Below, in pieces: positions 1 through 11,873 of a stretch of 64,000 bases of DNA. Each line of letters begins with the position of its first letter. Position 1 is the stretch's first letter. The position numbers and the translations under genes were made by a program. This stretch comes from Scyliorhinus canicula (Eukaryota). A model generated the notes under the pieces. The model was not told where the DNA came from. It searched no databases and saw only the letters and a list, made by a program, of their open reading frames with translations. The stretch is from NCBI RefSeq assembly GCF_902713615.1, contig NC_052172.1, positions 16,339,327 to 16,403,326 of the forward strand. The letters are read 5' to 3'.

Positions 1-370
1 TTTTTTGTGTTCCAAAATCTGTACGGCGTCTCTCTCATGGCTCCGGAGTTCAAACTTCTCCGCGGCTCTGCACCCCTTTGCCTCTGGGCTCAGACAGTGT
101 GTGCGTCGGCATGCTATTCCTGTACGGGGGGGCATCACAGTTCAAACCAATACCCAATGTGCCGCCACACGCACACTTTCCAGCCAAGGGCCATTGGAAA
201 GTCACTGGAATCATCACTAACTTCCACTCACCCACTCCCTATCCTCTGGGGAGCTGGAAAGGTTTTCTTATCTATCAGTTTCTTTTAGTAAAATCAATCC
301 CTCTCCCTCATTGGATTCAATGCTGGGTAAGTGTTAGTCTCTGTAATTAACACAGTAATAAACACTGTAA

Positions 371-563
371 TTATATTCCAGTCTGTAACTCACTCCCGGG
401 TATCTGTTATTCTATGTATAAACCACCCTGAACCCCTCGATTAAATTCCAGCCTGTAACTCACTCCCGGGTATCTGTTATTCTATATATAAACCACCCTG
501 AACCCCTCGATTAGATTCCAGTCTGTAACTCACTCCCGGGTATCTGTTATTCTATATATAAAC
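371..563. repeat. 70-bp tandem repeat, about 2.7 copies
   Basis: Unit ttccagtctgtaactcactcccgggtatctgttattctatatataaaccaccctgaacccctcgattaga recurs at 376, 446 and 516. Confidence 0.9.
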
Positions 564-568
564 AGAAT

Positions 569-2047
569 ATACTGATACACTCCCCGGGGAGTGTATCAGT
601 ATTTACAGGGGGTCCCCGGGGAGTGTGTCAGTATTTACAGGGGGTTCCCGGGGAATGTGTCAGTATTTACAGGGGGTCCTCGGGGGAGTGTGTCAGTATT
701 TACAGGGGGTCCCCGGGGAGTGTGTCAGTATTTACAGGGGGTCCCGGGGAGTGTGTCAGTATTTACAGGGAGTCCCCAGGGAGTGTGTCAGTATTTACAG
801 GGGGTCCCTGGGGGAGTGTGTCAGTATTTACAGGGGGTTCCCGGGGAATGTGTCAGTATTTACAGGGGGTCCTCGGGGGAGTGTGTCAGTATTTACAGGG
901 GGTCCCCGGGGAGTGTGTCAGTATTTACAGGGGGTCCCGGGGAGTGTGTCAATATTTACAGGGGGTCCCCGGGGGAGTGTGTCAGGATTTACAGGGGGTC
1001 CCCGGGGGAGTGTGTCAGTATTTACAGGGGGTCCCCGGGGAGTGTGTCAGTATTTACAGGGGGTCCCCGGGGAGTGTGTCAGTATTTACAGGGGATTCCC
1101 GGGGAGTGTGTCAGTATTTACAGGGGGTCCCCGGGGAGTGTGTCTGTATTTACAGGGGGTCCCTGGGGAGTGTTTTGGTATTTATAGGGGGGTCCCTGGG
1201 GAGTGTGTCAGTATTTACAGGGGGTCCCTGGGGGAGTGTGTCAGTATTTACAGGGGGTCCCTGGGGAGTGTTTTGGTATTTATAGGGGGGTCCCTGGGGA
1301 GTGTGTCAGTATTTACAGAGGGTCCCCGGTGAGTGTGTCAGTATTTACAGGGGGTCCCCGGGGAGTGTGTCAGTATTTACAGATGGTCCCCGGGGAGTGT
1401 GTCAGTATTTACAGGGGGTCCCTGGGGAGTGTGTCAGTATTTACAGATGGTCCCCGGGGAGTGTGTCAGTATTTACAGGGGGTCCCTGGGGAGTGTTTTG
1501 GTATTTATAGGGGGTCCCTGGGGAGTGTTTTGGTATTTATAGGGGGGTCCCTGGGGGGGTGTGTCAGTATTTACGGGGGTCCCCGGGGAGTGTGTCAGTA
1601 TTTACAGGGGGTCCCCGGGGAGTGTGTCAGTATTTACAGGGGATCCCCGGGGAGTGTGTCAGTATTTACAGGGGATCCCCGGGGAGTGTGTCAGTATGTG
1701 TGGAGTCTGCACGTCCTCCCCGTGTGTGCGTGGGTTTCCTCCGGGTGCTCCGGTTTTCTCCCACAGTCCAAAGATGTGCGGGTTAGGTGGATTGGCCATG
1801 CTAAATTGCCCATAGTGTAAGGTTAATGGGGGGATTGTTGGGTTACGGGTATACGGGTTACGTGGGTTTAAGTAGGGTGATCATTGCTCGGCACAACATC
1901 GAGGGCCGAAGGGCCTGTTCTGTGCTGTACTGTTCTATGTTCTATGTTCTATTTACAGGGGGTCCCCGGGCAGTGTGTCAGTATTTACAGGGGGTCCCTG
2001 AGGCGTGTTTTGGTATTTCTAGGGGGTAAGTCTCTGGGGAGTGTGTG
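569..2047. repeat. About 31-33 bp GC-rich minisatellite (ggggagtgtgtcagtatttacagggggtccc), left block
   Basis: More than 30 tandem copies; interrupted by a SINE at 1697-1950; source of the repetitive ORFs at 591-1820. Confidence 0.95.
1697..1950 (+). mobile_element. 5'-truncated HE1-like SINE with (tgttcta)n tail
   Basis: Core tgtggagtctgcacgtcctccccgtgtgtgcgtgggtttcctccgggtgctccgg and CR1-type tail gggccgaagggcctgttctgtgctgtactgttctatgttcta. Confidence 0.9.
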
Positions 2048-2499
2048 AGAGGCGGTTGGGAACGTGGCCAGAAGGGTGAGGCCGGCCTGTAGGATAGCTT
2101 ACTCAGTGAGTGACCCATCGCCACTCGCCCATCTCCATAACCGACCCCGCCCCGGCCCCCACCACCTCAAAGAATATTTGTGTCTCTGAGACAGACTGGC
2201 CAGCACACATGCAGGGAACGTCCGGGCGGACAGTGGAAAGCGATCCTGAAGGTAGGAGTCAGACTTTCTCAAACGATGAGGAGCACCAGAGCTCATCTCA
2301 GAGCGAGTCGCCATCATCCTCCATCCCGTGGACAAGATACTGCCAACCCAGGTGATGGTGGTAGGACCCTCGGTGGGGGGCGATGGGATGGAGTGAAGGG
2401 AGGAGAGACGGGGAAGGCGAGAGCGGCTATGGGGAGGGGGCACCACTTGGAAGGGGGTGTGGGGGCTCGGGGGAGTATGGAAAGGTGAGGCAGGGCAAC

Positions 2500-3481
2500 G
2501 GAACTGCCTCTTCTATGGCAAATCTGGAGGTGATGAGGTTGTCCTGTGTGTAGTGGCCCTGGAGCACACGTTGGGCAGCCTGCCCTGCCAACCCAGGCTC
2601 CATGCCCAGTTTTCCCTGGCCATCCTCCTCACCCTCCACGTCAAATGAGGCCTGACATTCTTCCTCCTCCTCCAGCATGTACCCCCTCTGCTGCGCGATG
2701 TTGGGCAGGATGCAGCAGGCCAGCACGATGTGAGAGACCCTCCTGGGGCTATATTGGAGCTCCTCACCGGAGCGTTCCAGGCATCGGAAGTGAACCTTGA
2801 GCATGGCGATGCACCGCTCAGTGATGTTCCCGCTTACCGCATGGGCGCCGCTATAACCCGTCGGTCTGGGGTCAGGCGCCATTAGCCATGACCTCAGTGG
2901 GTAACACTCATCACCCAAGAGCCAACCCCTCACCCGAGGGAGCGCCTTGAAGGTGCCGGGAACCGATGCGCCAGGATGCATGTATCGTGCTCGCTACCTG
3001 CATGTCGGGCGCAGACCTGCAGCTGGTGGTCACACACACCAATGCACATTCGGGGAGTAGGAAGACTGTCTGACTGATCAGCCGGTGCTCGTAGGGGGAC
3101 TGTGTGCCATCAATCACTCCCAGGACCTGGGGCATGCTTGCGATGGTGACAAATCCTGCTGCCCGTGTTCCTGTCCAGACTGAAGATTATACAATCTGAC
3201 GCCTGGGCGCATAGGGCATCCGTCACAGCGCAGATGCCTGTGTGTGCCAATGTCTGAAAGGTCCCAGACTGCCCTGCCTGCTTGGACCCTGGAAAGACCC
3301 AGAGGCATAACTGCTCAGGGTGACCGTCGCCTTGCCGGTCACCGGGGGCTGGTGCCCTCCTCCAGACCCCCACTGTGCCAGGTGCGCCAGGGTGTCCCTG
3401 GTCAGTCAAAGTCTTTGGTGGCCCAGGCGGTCTGGCATCTCCTTGAAGGATAGGCCCCCTGCGGTATGCACCTGCGATCAT
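2500..3481 (-). pseudogene. Frameshifted Harbinger (HARBI1/DDE_Tnp_4-like) transposase
   Basis: Motifs PQVLGVIDGT, WLLGDECYPLRSWLMAP and ITERCIAMLKVHFRCLERSGEELQYSPRRVSHIVLACCILPNIA, split across frames. Confidence 0.85.
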
Positions 3482-3696
3482 GCGCTGCCTCCTTCACACC
3501 TCCTCCTCGGCCTGTTGGACGGTCGGCACTGGAGCCTCACCGGCTGGTCCCTGTCCTGCTGGGGCAGGCTCCTCTTGTGAAGGATCCTCCCGGAACACAG
3601 GCCCTATGCCTCCAGCTTCCGTTCGTCCACAACGGCAGCTGCGGCCAGGTAGACAGTGAGTACGGCTGGGTGTACTCCGAAATCTATTCTCTGCAG

Positions 3697-3727
<31 letters not shown>

Positions 3728-3815
3728 GAAGACACGTCAGCAAGGTGAGTATTCCCGAGTCCATCCAGATCCAACAGGCCACATGGTCGCCCTGAGTTAC
3801 ACTCCAGCTCCACAT

Positions 3816-4113
3816 TGTGGTGAATGTAATATAGATGTATATATGTTAATTCACACTGTTATTGTAAGCGCAGTAGCGCTATCCTACCACTAGGGGGAGT
3901 AGCGCTGGGAGCACTCAGGTACTTGTACTGGGCTCCACCCTTGGCTCCGCCCACGACTCCTCCCCCTAGTGCAGCTGTATAAATACCCTTGTCCAGAGTC
4001 AGCCTGAGTTCACTAGGAGTTCATCGACAGGTAACAGGCTGGCTCTGAAGTAAGTCGATTAAAGCCTAGATTCACATCGGAAACACGTGTCTGGTGAATT
4101 GATGGTTCAATCA
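3816..4113 (+). mobile_element. Solo LTR (298 bp) nested in the Harbinger element
   Basis: TG...CA ends; 5-bp TSD CACAT (3811-3815 and 4114-4118); TATAAA at 3978; ATTAAA near 4058. Confidence 0.85.
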
Positions 4114-5471
4114 CACATGTCCCCCCCAAACCCACCTGCACCCCTCAGCCTCTCCCCCCAATATGTTACCTTCCACACTACACCCGTCCCAGTGAGTGGC
4201 ACCGGGCCTGTGATGTGGGGAGTATCGGTGGCTGCTGTAACCTGTGTTAGCGATAGGCTCTGCGACCCCTGTCCTGTTTCTCCCCAGTGCCGTCTACTGT
4301 GGGTGTCCTCAATGGGAGGGCCGTGTGTTATCTCGCCAGCAGGGTGGCACCTGGTTGTGGGGTGGAGAGGGTCACCGTGTGCCACCAATCGCCTCTAGGC
4401 TTGGAGGCTTGTGTGTGGGCAGGTCCTACAGAGAGGGTGGGTGGGGGGGGGGGTGAGGAAGGGACGTGTGCGTCTGCTGGGAGCGTAGCTGCCGTGTGAT
4501 GTGGGGCTCTGGGTGTGACACACACGTTTTGACAACCTGGCTGGGGCAGGGGCACAGTGGACAGGGCTTGGGGACTGCTGGTGGTCCTGAGGGAGGGGGG
4601 GGGGGGGGGCTAGCTGGTAGTGTCACAGGTGAGGCCTCTGCCCTGAGATGGGGCAGTGTGCCAAGGAGGGTGCCAGCGGCCAGGGTGCGTGTGTCCTTTG
4701 TTTGGGGTGAGCTCAGCTATTCCCCTGCTTCCTCTGCAGTGGGGCTGTGCCGCTGACGAGTGCGGTGAGGAGTGGCTGCACCTGGTCGACACTGATTGAA
4801 CTTGGCCACAACCACCCCGGTGATGGGTCAGCTGGGGTCTGAGGGTTTCCACAGGGGCGGCCTGGGTGGGCTCCCAAATGATCAGAGGCTCTGTGAACAT
4901 TTACAGGAGACACAGTGAGCAGACAGCCAGAGAGCTGTAACTGGCACCAATGGGTGCGGTTAAAACAAATCCTGCAGCAACGGCAGCCGAAGCCCTGCCA
5001 CCCCAATGGCAGGGACAGACTCCGAACCCTCGGAGCTGTCACTACGTCGCTCTTCGGCTATTCTTCCTCCGCCCCCACCCCCCAGCCCCGGCAGCCACCC
5101 CCAGCATGCAGTGCAATTTTAAAACATTTTTTTGAACTTTGCTCACCTTCTCTATCCCCCTCTGCAGCCACGGACCCCGGTCCCCGTTTGTAAATGCCCG
5201 TAGGTAACCGCGCTTCGTGACAGGGACGGGGCAACGCGAAGGCCCGGAGCAAACGGGGACAAAAGCGCCAATCACATTTCAATGCGTGCAAATGCCGCTT
5301 TTGCATGCTGCCCCCGGCACGGGGCGCAAATCCCGTTATCAATGCCAGAGAGGGACCGGAGCACAGCGCCCAAATCGGCGCCTGGTGCGGATCTCGATTT
5401 TGGCCGGACGTCCGATTCTAGGCCCAAGAGGGATTTGTGTTTGCAGCGTCGTGAGGGGGATAGTTTCGCCC

Positions 5472-6035
5472 AGTATTTACAGAGGGTCCCCGGGGTGTGC
5501 CTCAGTATTGACAGGGAGTCCCCGGGGAGTGTGTCAGTATTTACAGAGGGTCCCCGGGGTGTGCCTCAGTATTGACAGGGAGTCCCCGGGGAGCGTGTCA
5601 GTATTTACAGGGGTCTCCAGGGAGTGTGGCTCTATCTTCAGGGGGTCCCTGGGGAGTGTGTCGGCAATTACAGGGGTCTCCAGGGAGTGTGGCTCTATCT
5701 TCAGGGGGTCCCTGGGGAGTGTGTAAGTATTTACAGGGGGTGTCGGGGAGTGTATCAGTATTACAGAGGGGTCCCCAGTGAACGTGTCAGTATTTACAGG
5801 GGGTTCCAGGAGTGTGTAAGTATTTACAGGGGGTCTCCGGGGAGTGTGGCAGCATTTACAGGATGAGTCTTGGAGTTTGTCACTGTTTACAGGCGATCCC
5901 AGGAGTGCGTCAGTATTTACAGAGGGTCCCTGGGAGTGTGTGAATATTTACATGGTGTCTCGAGGAGTGTGTCAATATTTATAGGGGATCCCCAGGAGAC
6001 CACCAGTATTTAGAGGGTGATTTACCAAGTCCCTG
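5472..6035. repeat. Right, more degenerate block of the same ~32-bp minisatellite
   Basis: cagtatttacagggggtccccggggagtgtg variants resume directly after the Harbinger end. Confidence 0.9.
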
Positions 6036-6649
6036 GGGCGTACTGAGATATCCAAGGATTGTTCAGTACTTCAGGGCGTGCGTCGGCACATGCAGGGACT
6101 CCCAGAAGTGTCGCTATTTGCACAGGAGTCTCTCAGATCCCCGTGCAGCACTTCGAAGGGAAGCAGGGTTTCGAGTACCCAATTCTTTTTTTTTCCAATG
6201 AAGGGACAATTTAGCATGGCCAATCCACCTACCCTGCACATCTTTTTGGGTTTCTGGGGGTGAGATCCACGCAGACACGGGGATAATGTGCAAAGTCCAC
6301 ACGGACAGTGACCCGTGGTCGGGATCGAACCCGGGTCCTCAGCGCCATGAGGTGCCACATCAGACAATCGTCTCGGCGAAGCAGCAACTAGCAGAGGCTC
6401 AGGACAATCTGGGGCCTGATCACAGTCTGTGCTAAGTCTGCTGGCAGTAGTTAGCAAGGCTACCAGGATACACCCCTCTGTTGCTGACTTAGCAGTCTGT
6501 TTTGTCACAGTTTCAATTTCCTCCTGAATTAGAATTTAATCTAATTTAATGAAATGAATCATTCCCACAGCTCATTTTGAAAGAAAGCAGAGTTTGTAAA
6601 TGTGTCTCTCCCTCTCCTGCTGCCCAGGTGCAACAGGTGAGGTGTTTAC

Positions 6650-6820
6650 CTGTCCCTCCAGCTCAGCTCCTCCCCATGAAGGGCCTTTAACCCCCACTTC
6701 CGGGCCACGTTCAAAACAAGACAAAACGTCATGACGTTCAGCAGTGGGCGGGGCGCGACCCGCGGTGCCCTCTGGGAGTCGTAGTTTATCTCCCATTGGC
6801 TTCTGGGAATTGTAGTTCAG
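6650..6820 (-). promoter_or_regulatory. Housekeeping-type promoter and probable non-coding first exon of a leftward gene
   Basis: Two ZNF143/ACTACA motifs on the - strand (6770-6787, 6801-6818), CCAAT, GC box, CRE-like acgtcatgacgt, ETS ccggaagt on -, and - strand donor GACAG|GTAAAC at 6650. Confidence 0.6.
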
Positions 6821-6847
6821 CCACGACCATTGAGATTGTCATAGATT

Positions 6848-7435
6848 ATCATAGAATTTACAGTGCAGAAGGAGGCCATTCGGCCCATAGAGTCTGCACC
6901 GGCTCTTGGAAAGAGCACCCTACTCAAGGTCAACACCTCCACCCTAGGCAGCACAGTGGCCTAGTGGTTAGCACAACCGCCTCACGGCGCTGAGGTCCCA
7001 GGTTCGATCCCGGCTCTGGGTTACTGTCCGTGGGGAGTTTGCACATTCTCCCCGTGTCTGCGTGGGTTTCGCCCCCACAACCCAAAAATGTGCAGAGTAG
7101 GTGGATTGGCCACGCTAAATTGCCCCTTAATTGGAAAAAATAATTGGGTAATCTAAATTTATAAAAAAAACACCTCCACCCTATCCCCATAACCCAGTAA
7201 CCCCCACCCAACACTAAGGGCAACTTTGGACACTAAGGGACAATTTATCACGGCCAATCCACCTAACCTGCACATCTTTGGACTGTGGGAGGAAACCGGA
7301 GCACCCGGAGGAAACCCACACAGACACGGGAGGATGTGCAGACTCCGCACAGCCAGTGACCCAAGCCGGAATCGAACCTGGGGCCTTGGAGCTGTGAAGC
7401 AATTGTGCTATCCACAATGCTACCGCGCTGCCCCT
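6848..7435 (-). mobile_element. HE1-like SINE containing a nested A-tailed SINE (6947-7170, +)
   Basis: The nested copy is flanked by a 15-bp TSD aacacctccacccta (6932-6946 and 7169-7183). Confidence 0.85.
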
Positions 7436-7464
7436 AATTAATTTTATTTTCTCTCCTGATTTTA

Positions 7465-8035
7465 AACTTAGAATGCCCAATCATTTTTTTTCACATTAAG
7501 GGCAATTTAGCGTGGCCAATCCACCTAGCCTGCACATCTTTGGGTTGTGGGGACGAAACCCATGCAAACACTGGGAGAATGTGCAAACTCCACACGGACA
7601 GTGACCCAGAGCCGGGATCGAACATGGGACCTAGGCACCATGAGGCAGCAGTGTTAACCACTACGCCACCATGCCCGCCCCATTGAGACATTAAAGAGCA
7701 GGCCTAATCCTTGTTGACCCATCGAAGAGTAATTTCAACGGTACCATAGAATCCTGACAGTGTAGAAGGAGGACATTTGGCCCAACGGGTCTGCGCGACC
7801 CTCTGAGACAGCACCCTACCTCGGCCCCCCTCCCCCACCCTATCCTCATAACCCCACATCCCTGGACTCTCAGGGACAATCCACCTAACCTGCACATCTT
7901 TGGAATGTGGGAGGCAACCGGAGCACCCTGAGAATGTGCAAACTCCTCACAAACGGTCACCCAAGGCCAGGATTGAACCCGGGTCCTTAGCACCGTGAGG
8001 CAGCAGTGATAACCGCTGTGCCACCGTGCTGCCCA
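7465..8035 (-). mobile_element. Two HE1-like SINE copies
   Basis: Reverse-complement SINE core (gccaatccacctaacctgcacatctttgg...gtgacccagagccgggatcgaac). Confidence 0.8.
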
Positions 8036-8544
8036 TTTATGGGTGTCAAGCTCCAAAATCAATGCTGTGCAATCTGCTGTGGGTGGCATTTAACTGACCT
8101 CTGTATACCTTAATACCTTGAATTTATATCCGGCCTTTCGTCTTCTTAGGAAGTCTTACCAAAAGATGACTTGAGACGGTAGAGATGTTTTGACTTGTGG
8201 GGCGTCCGACAGTAGTTATCATAAATAAAAGGTCGTCATTAATAAATCCCATGTAGAACGAAGGAGAAACTGCGAGCGGCACTCTCTGCCACATTCATGC
8301 AGACATCCATCCCTCCCAGAGGACCATGGACTGCGCCTGGGGTGTATGTTAAATCTGGACTCAACATCACCTGTGGCCGTAGAGGCCAATTTGCGAATGG
8401 CAGGCCCCTCCTTGAGGCTGGCACGGATGGAATAGCATCGGCCTGAGATCGACTGATGTTTTTCCCTTCCGCCGCACTCTCTTTTCCACCATCTGGTAGG
8501 TCCTTCTTCTCTCTACCTCTTACACTCCCTCCCTGGCTGGTCTC

Positions 8545-8975
8545 CAGACCAAAGAGAGGCTGGTTAGGCTGGGGTTGTTTTCCTTGGAGCAGAGAAGGCT
8601 CAGGCGGAACCTGATCGAGAGGCAGAAAATTGGGAAGGACTTACTTAACGTAGACAGGAAGGAACTATTCCCCTTAGTAGAGATATCAATAACCAGGGGG
8701 TGGGGTGGGGGAATAGATTTCAGGTATTGGGCAAGGGATTTAGCGGGGATTTGAGGAAAAACCTTTTCACCCAGAGGGTGGTGGGAATCTGGAAGTCCCT
8801 GCCTGAAAGGGTGGTGGAGGCGGGAACCCTCACATCATTGAAGAAGCACTTGAATCTCCACAACACACAAGGCTGCGGACCAAGTGCTGGGTAATGAGAT
8901 TAGAATAGATAGGTGCTTGATGGCCGGAGCAGACATGGTGGGCCGAAGGGCCTCTTTCGGTGCTGTAAAACTGTA
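8545..8975 (+). mobile_element. CR1 LINE 3' fragment
   Basis: LGLFSLEQRRLR- and FTQRVVGIWKSLPERVVEAGTL-type CR1 ORF2 C-terminus plus 3' tail. Confidence 0.85.
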
Positions 8976-8979
8976 TGAG

Positions 8980-9245
8980 ACTAAGACACCCCAGTCAGCA
9001 GGAAAAACCTCCCACATATCGAATGCGGTCCCGGTTAGCCTGGGTTCCCGCTTGTATTGGGCATCCTTGTATTGCAGACGTGGGCAACCCGTTGGCCTCG
9101 CGCCCATAGCAAGCTTACCATGGGCCACATCTTTCGGATTAATGCAGCCATCGTCCATTTGACTTGTATAACCCAGCCACTGGGGTCGAGACTGACTCAA
9201 GTATGCCAGCGCGCTGTCATATAGAGTGGTGATTACTACCAATGC
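8980..9245 (-). mobile_element. RTE/BovB-clade LINE fragment
   Basis: QSRPQWLGYTSQMDDGCINPKDVAHGKLAMGARPTGCPRLQYKD resembles the RTE C-terminal RLRWLGH..MDDGRIPK..YGEL..G.RP.GRPRLRFKD motif. Confidence 0.75.
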
Positions 9246-9479
9246 ATTGAAGAAGAAACTGGATGGTTATGGTGATAGGGTTAGATAGGGTAAGGTGCAG
9301 GAAGCTTGGAGCTCCAACATTTGTTGGGGCAATGTTTTTGCCATGTGCGGTGATTGTCCCTTTAAGGACAGCACAGGTCATGTGACTTAATCTGTTGTGT
9401 TGCCCTTAAAGAGACAATCACGACATCTGTCCCTTCAAGGACAACACACCGTGCTTTCAAATTTGATGCGACTCTATGT

Positions 9480-10455
9480 TTTTCCATTCATTCATGGGAT
9501 GTGGGCGTCGCTGGGATGGGCCAGCATTTATTGCCCATCACTAATTGCCCTTGAACTGAGTGGCTCGCTTGGGGCTATATCAGAGGAGCATTTAAGAGTC
9601 AACCCCATTGCTGAGGACCATTGTAGGCCAGACCGGGTAAGGACGGCAGATTTCCTTCCCTAAAGGGGACATTAGTGAACCAGATGAGCTTTTACGACAA
9701 TCGACAATGGTTTCATTCATAGAATCATAGAATGTACAGTGCTGAAGGAGGCCATTCGGCCCATCGAGTCTACACCGGTACCTGAAAGAGCACCCTACCT
9801 GAGGCCCACACCTCTACCCTATCCCCGTAACCCCAGCCAATTGTTTTTGGACACCAAGGGCAATTTATCATGGCCAATCCTCCTATTCTGCACATCTTTG
9901 GGCTGTGGGAGGAAACCGGAGCACCCGGAGGAAACCCACGCAGACACGGGGAGAAAGTGCAGACTCCGCACAGACAGTGCGGAGCTGAACCTGGGACCCT
10001 GGGGCGGTGAAGCAACTGTGCTAACCACTGTGCCACCGTGTTGCCCTGGGCTTCCACCGTGAGATTTTTCATTCCAGATTTTATTATTGAATTCATATTT
10101 TACCAATCTGCGGTGGTGGGACTGTGGCATTCAAGGGCCTCACGGTAGCATGGTGGTTAGCATCAATGCTTCACAGCTCCAGGGTCCCAGGTTCGATTCC
10201 CGGCTGGGTCACTGTCTGTGTGGAGTCTGCACGTCCTCCCCGTGTGTGCGTGGGTTTCCTCCGGGTGCTCCGGTTTCCTCCCACAGTCCAAAGATGTGCG
10301 GGTTAGGTGGATTGGCCACGCTAAATTGCCCGTAGTGTAAGGTTAATGGGGGGATTGTCGGGTATACGGGTTACGTGGGTTTAAGTAGGGTGATCATTGC
10401 TCGGCACAACATCGAGGGCCGAAGGGCCTGTTCTGTGCTGCACTGTTCTATAACT
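9480..10455. mobile_element. LINE 3' fragment with two HE1-like SINEs (9720-10048 -, 10135-10452 +)
   Basis: SINE cores plus the recurrent LINE tail gcatttattgcccatccctaattgcccttg. Confidence 0.75.
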
Positions 10456-11873
10456 GTGGGGCTGGGCATTCATTATTTTATCTCCGCTGCGGTTCCTGCT
10501 CAGCAGAGAGAAGTGATCCACTTGCACGTGAAGAATACCATCCCTGGGAGCTCAGGAAACTGGCAACAGATCTTTCCGACTGGAGGGGCGGCCTGGGGCC
10601 TTGAGGCAGGCCATCCTAGTACATGTAGGAATAGGGGAGGATGGATGTGTTCCTCGCTAGTACAAATGTAACCGCCCGAAGGCAGCACGGGTGGAGCTGG
10701 CATAAAAATCTAACTTCATTTTTGTGCAGCCCGCATGACTTTAAAGTCACAGTGTGTCCCTTTGCCTAGATCCTTCTTTGGGAAAAAGGTTTTGGATCGC
10801 AGCCGGGGTAGCTAATGGTGACGTCTTCTGTTCCAAGTGGCCCATGAGACATTGTGTTCATTTATCGGAGATAGTGAGAAAATGTGGACACTGCAAAGCT
10901 TGAGTCGTACAGAAACTGCTGGGGCACACACAGCAAGGCTGCCTGAGCCTGAAAGACATAACTTTTTATTTTGCATTACACTGTCGCCTTGCTCAATGGA
11001 CAACACTCGCACATTCTTTTATTCTTTCCCGGCGTCGCTGGCTATTGACCAGCATTTTGTTGCCCATCCCCGATTGCCCCTTGAGGTGGTGGGCGAGCTG
11101 CCGCCGTGAGCCGCTGCAGTCCATGTGGTGTAGGTACTCCCATAGTGCTGTTAGGGAGGGAGTTCCAGGATTTTGACCCAGCGACAGTGAAGGAACGGCC
11201 GATATATTTCCAAGTCAGGATGGTGCGTGACTTGACGGGGAAACTTTCAGGTGATGGTGTTCCCTGCGTCCGCTGCCCTTGCCCTTTTAGATGGTAGCGG
11301 CCGTGGGCTTGGGAGGCGCTGTTGAAGGAGTCTTGGCAATTTGGCGTGGCCAGGAGTGTCACATTTTGTGTCCACGCTCCTGTGAAGAACCTTGGGGCAT
11401 TTTATGATCATATCAGATCAGCCATGATCTCATTGAATGGCTGATGGGCCGAATGGCCTATTTCTGCTCCTCCATCTTCTGGTCTTATGTGATATCAAAG
11501 GTGCCACGTAAGTACAAGTTGCTGTTGATGGTGAATTGTGGCTATGTAATTCAGCCCAGAGCATATATTTCTCATCATCACATCTTCATTCTAAATTCCT
11601 ATGCCTCCTCGCTTGTAGAGTAATGGGAAGTCCTATGTAAACTTCCCATACTGCAGCTCTAGCCTCCTGCCATGGGTGGCGTTGCAGCACCTCCACAGGG
11701 GAAATGTTTCATTGCAGTGTGACTGCCTTTCATGACCTCAGGAATTGCCAAAGTGCTTATTGCAACCAGCAAAGTGCTTTTTGAAAATGTGGCCGCCTAT
11801 TACAATGTAAAATGACGTCGCCATTTTGTTGTACCTTGGTGGGATAGGAGGGGCTATAACTCTAAGTCAGAAA

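Larger units (their letters stand above)
2048..5471 (-). mobile_element. Degenerate PIF/Harbinger DNA transposon inserted in the minisatellite
   Basis: HARBI1-like transposase fragments; right end agtttcgccc (rc gggcgaaact) abuts the resumed minisatellite; left end not resolved. Confidence 0.75.

Noticed and set aside
591-1820. Long repetitive ORFs (ECVSIYRG..., VCQYLQGVPG...)
   Set aside because: Translations of a stop-poor minisatellite, open in all three frames.
2427-2981. Domesticated HARBI1 gene
   Set aside because: Frameshifted, catalytic motifs split across frames, and embedded in a transposon.
10087-10335. Recurrent ORFs 'GHCLCGVCTSSPCVRGFPPGAPVSSHSPKMC' throughout the window
   Set aside because: Translations of the SINE core.
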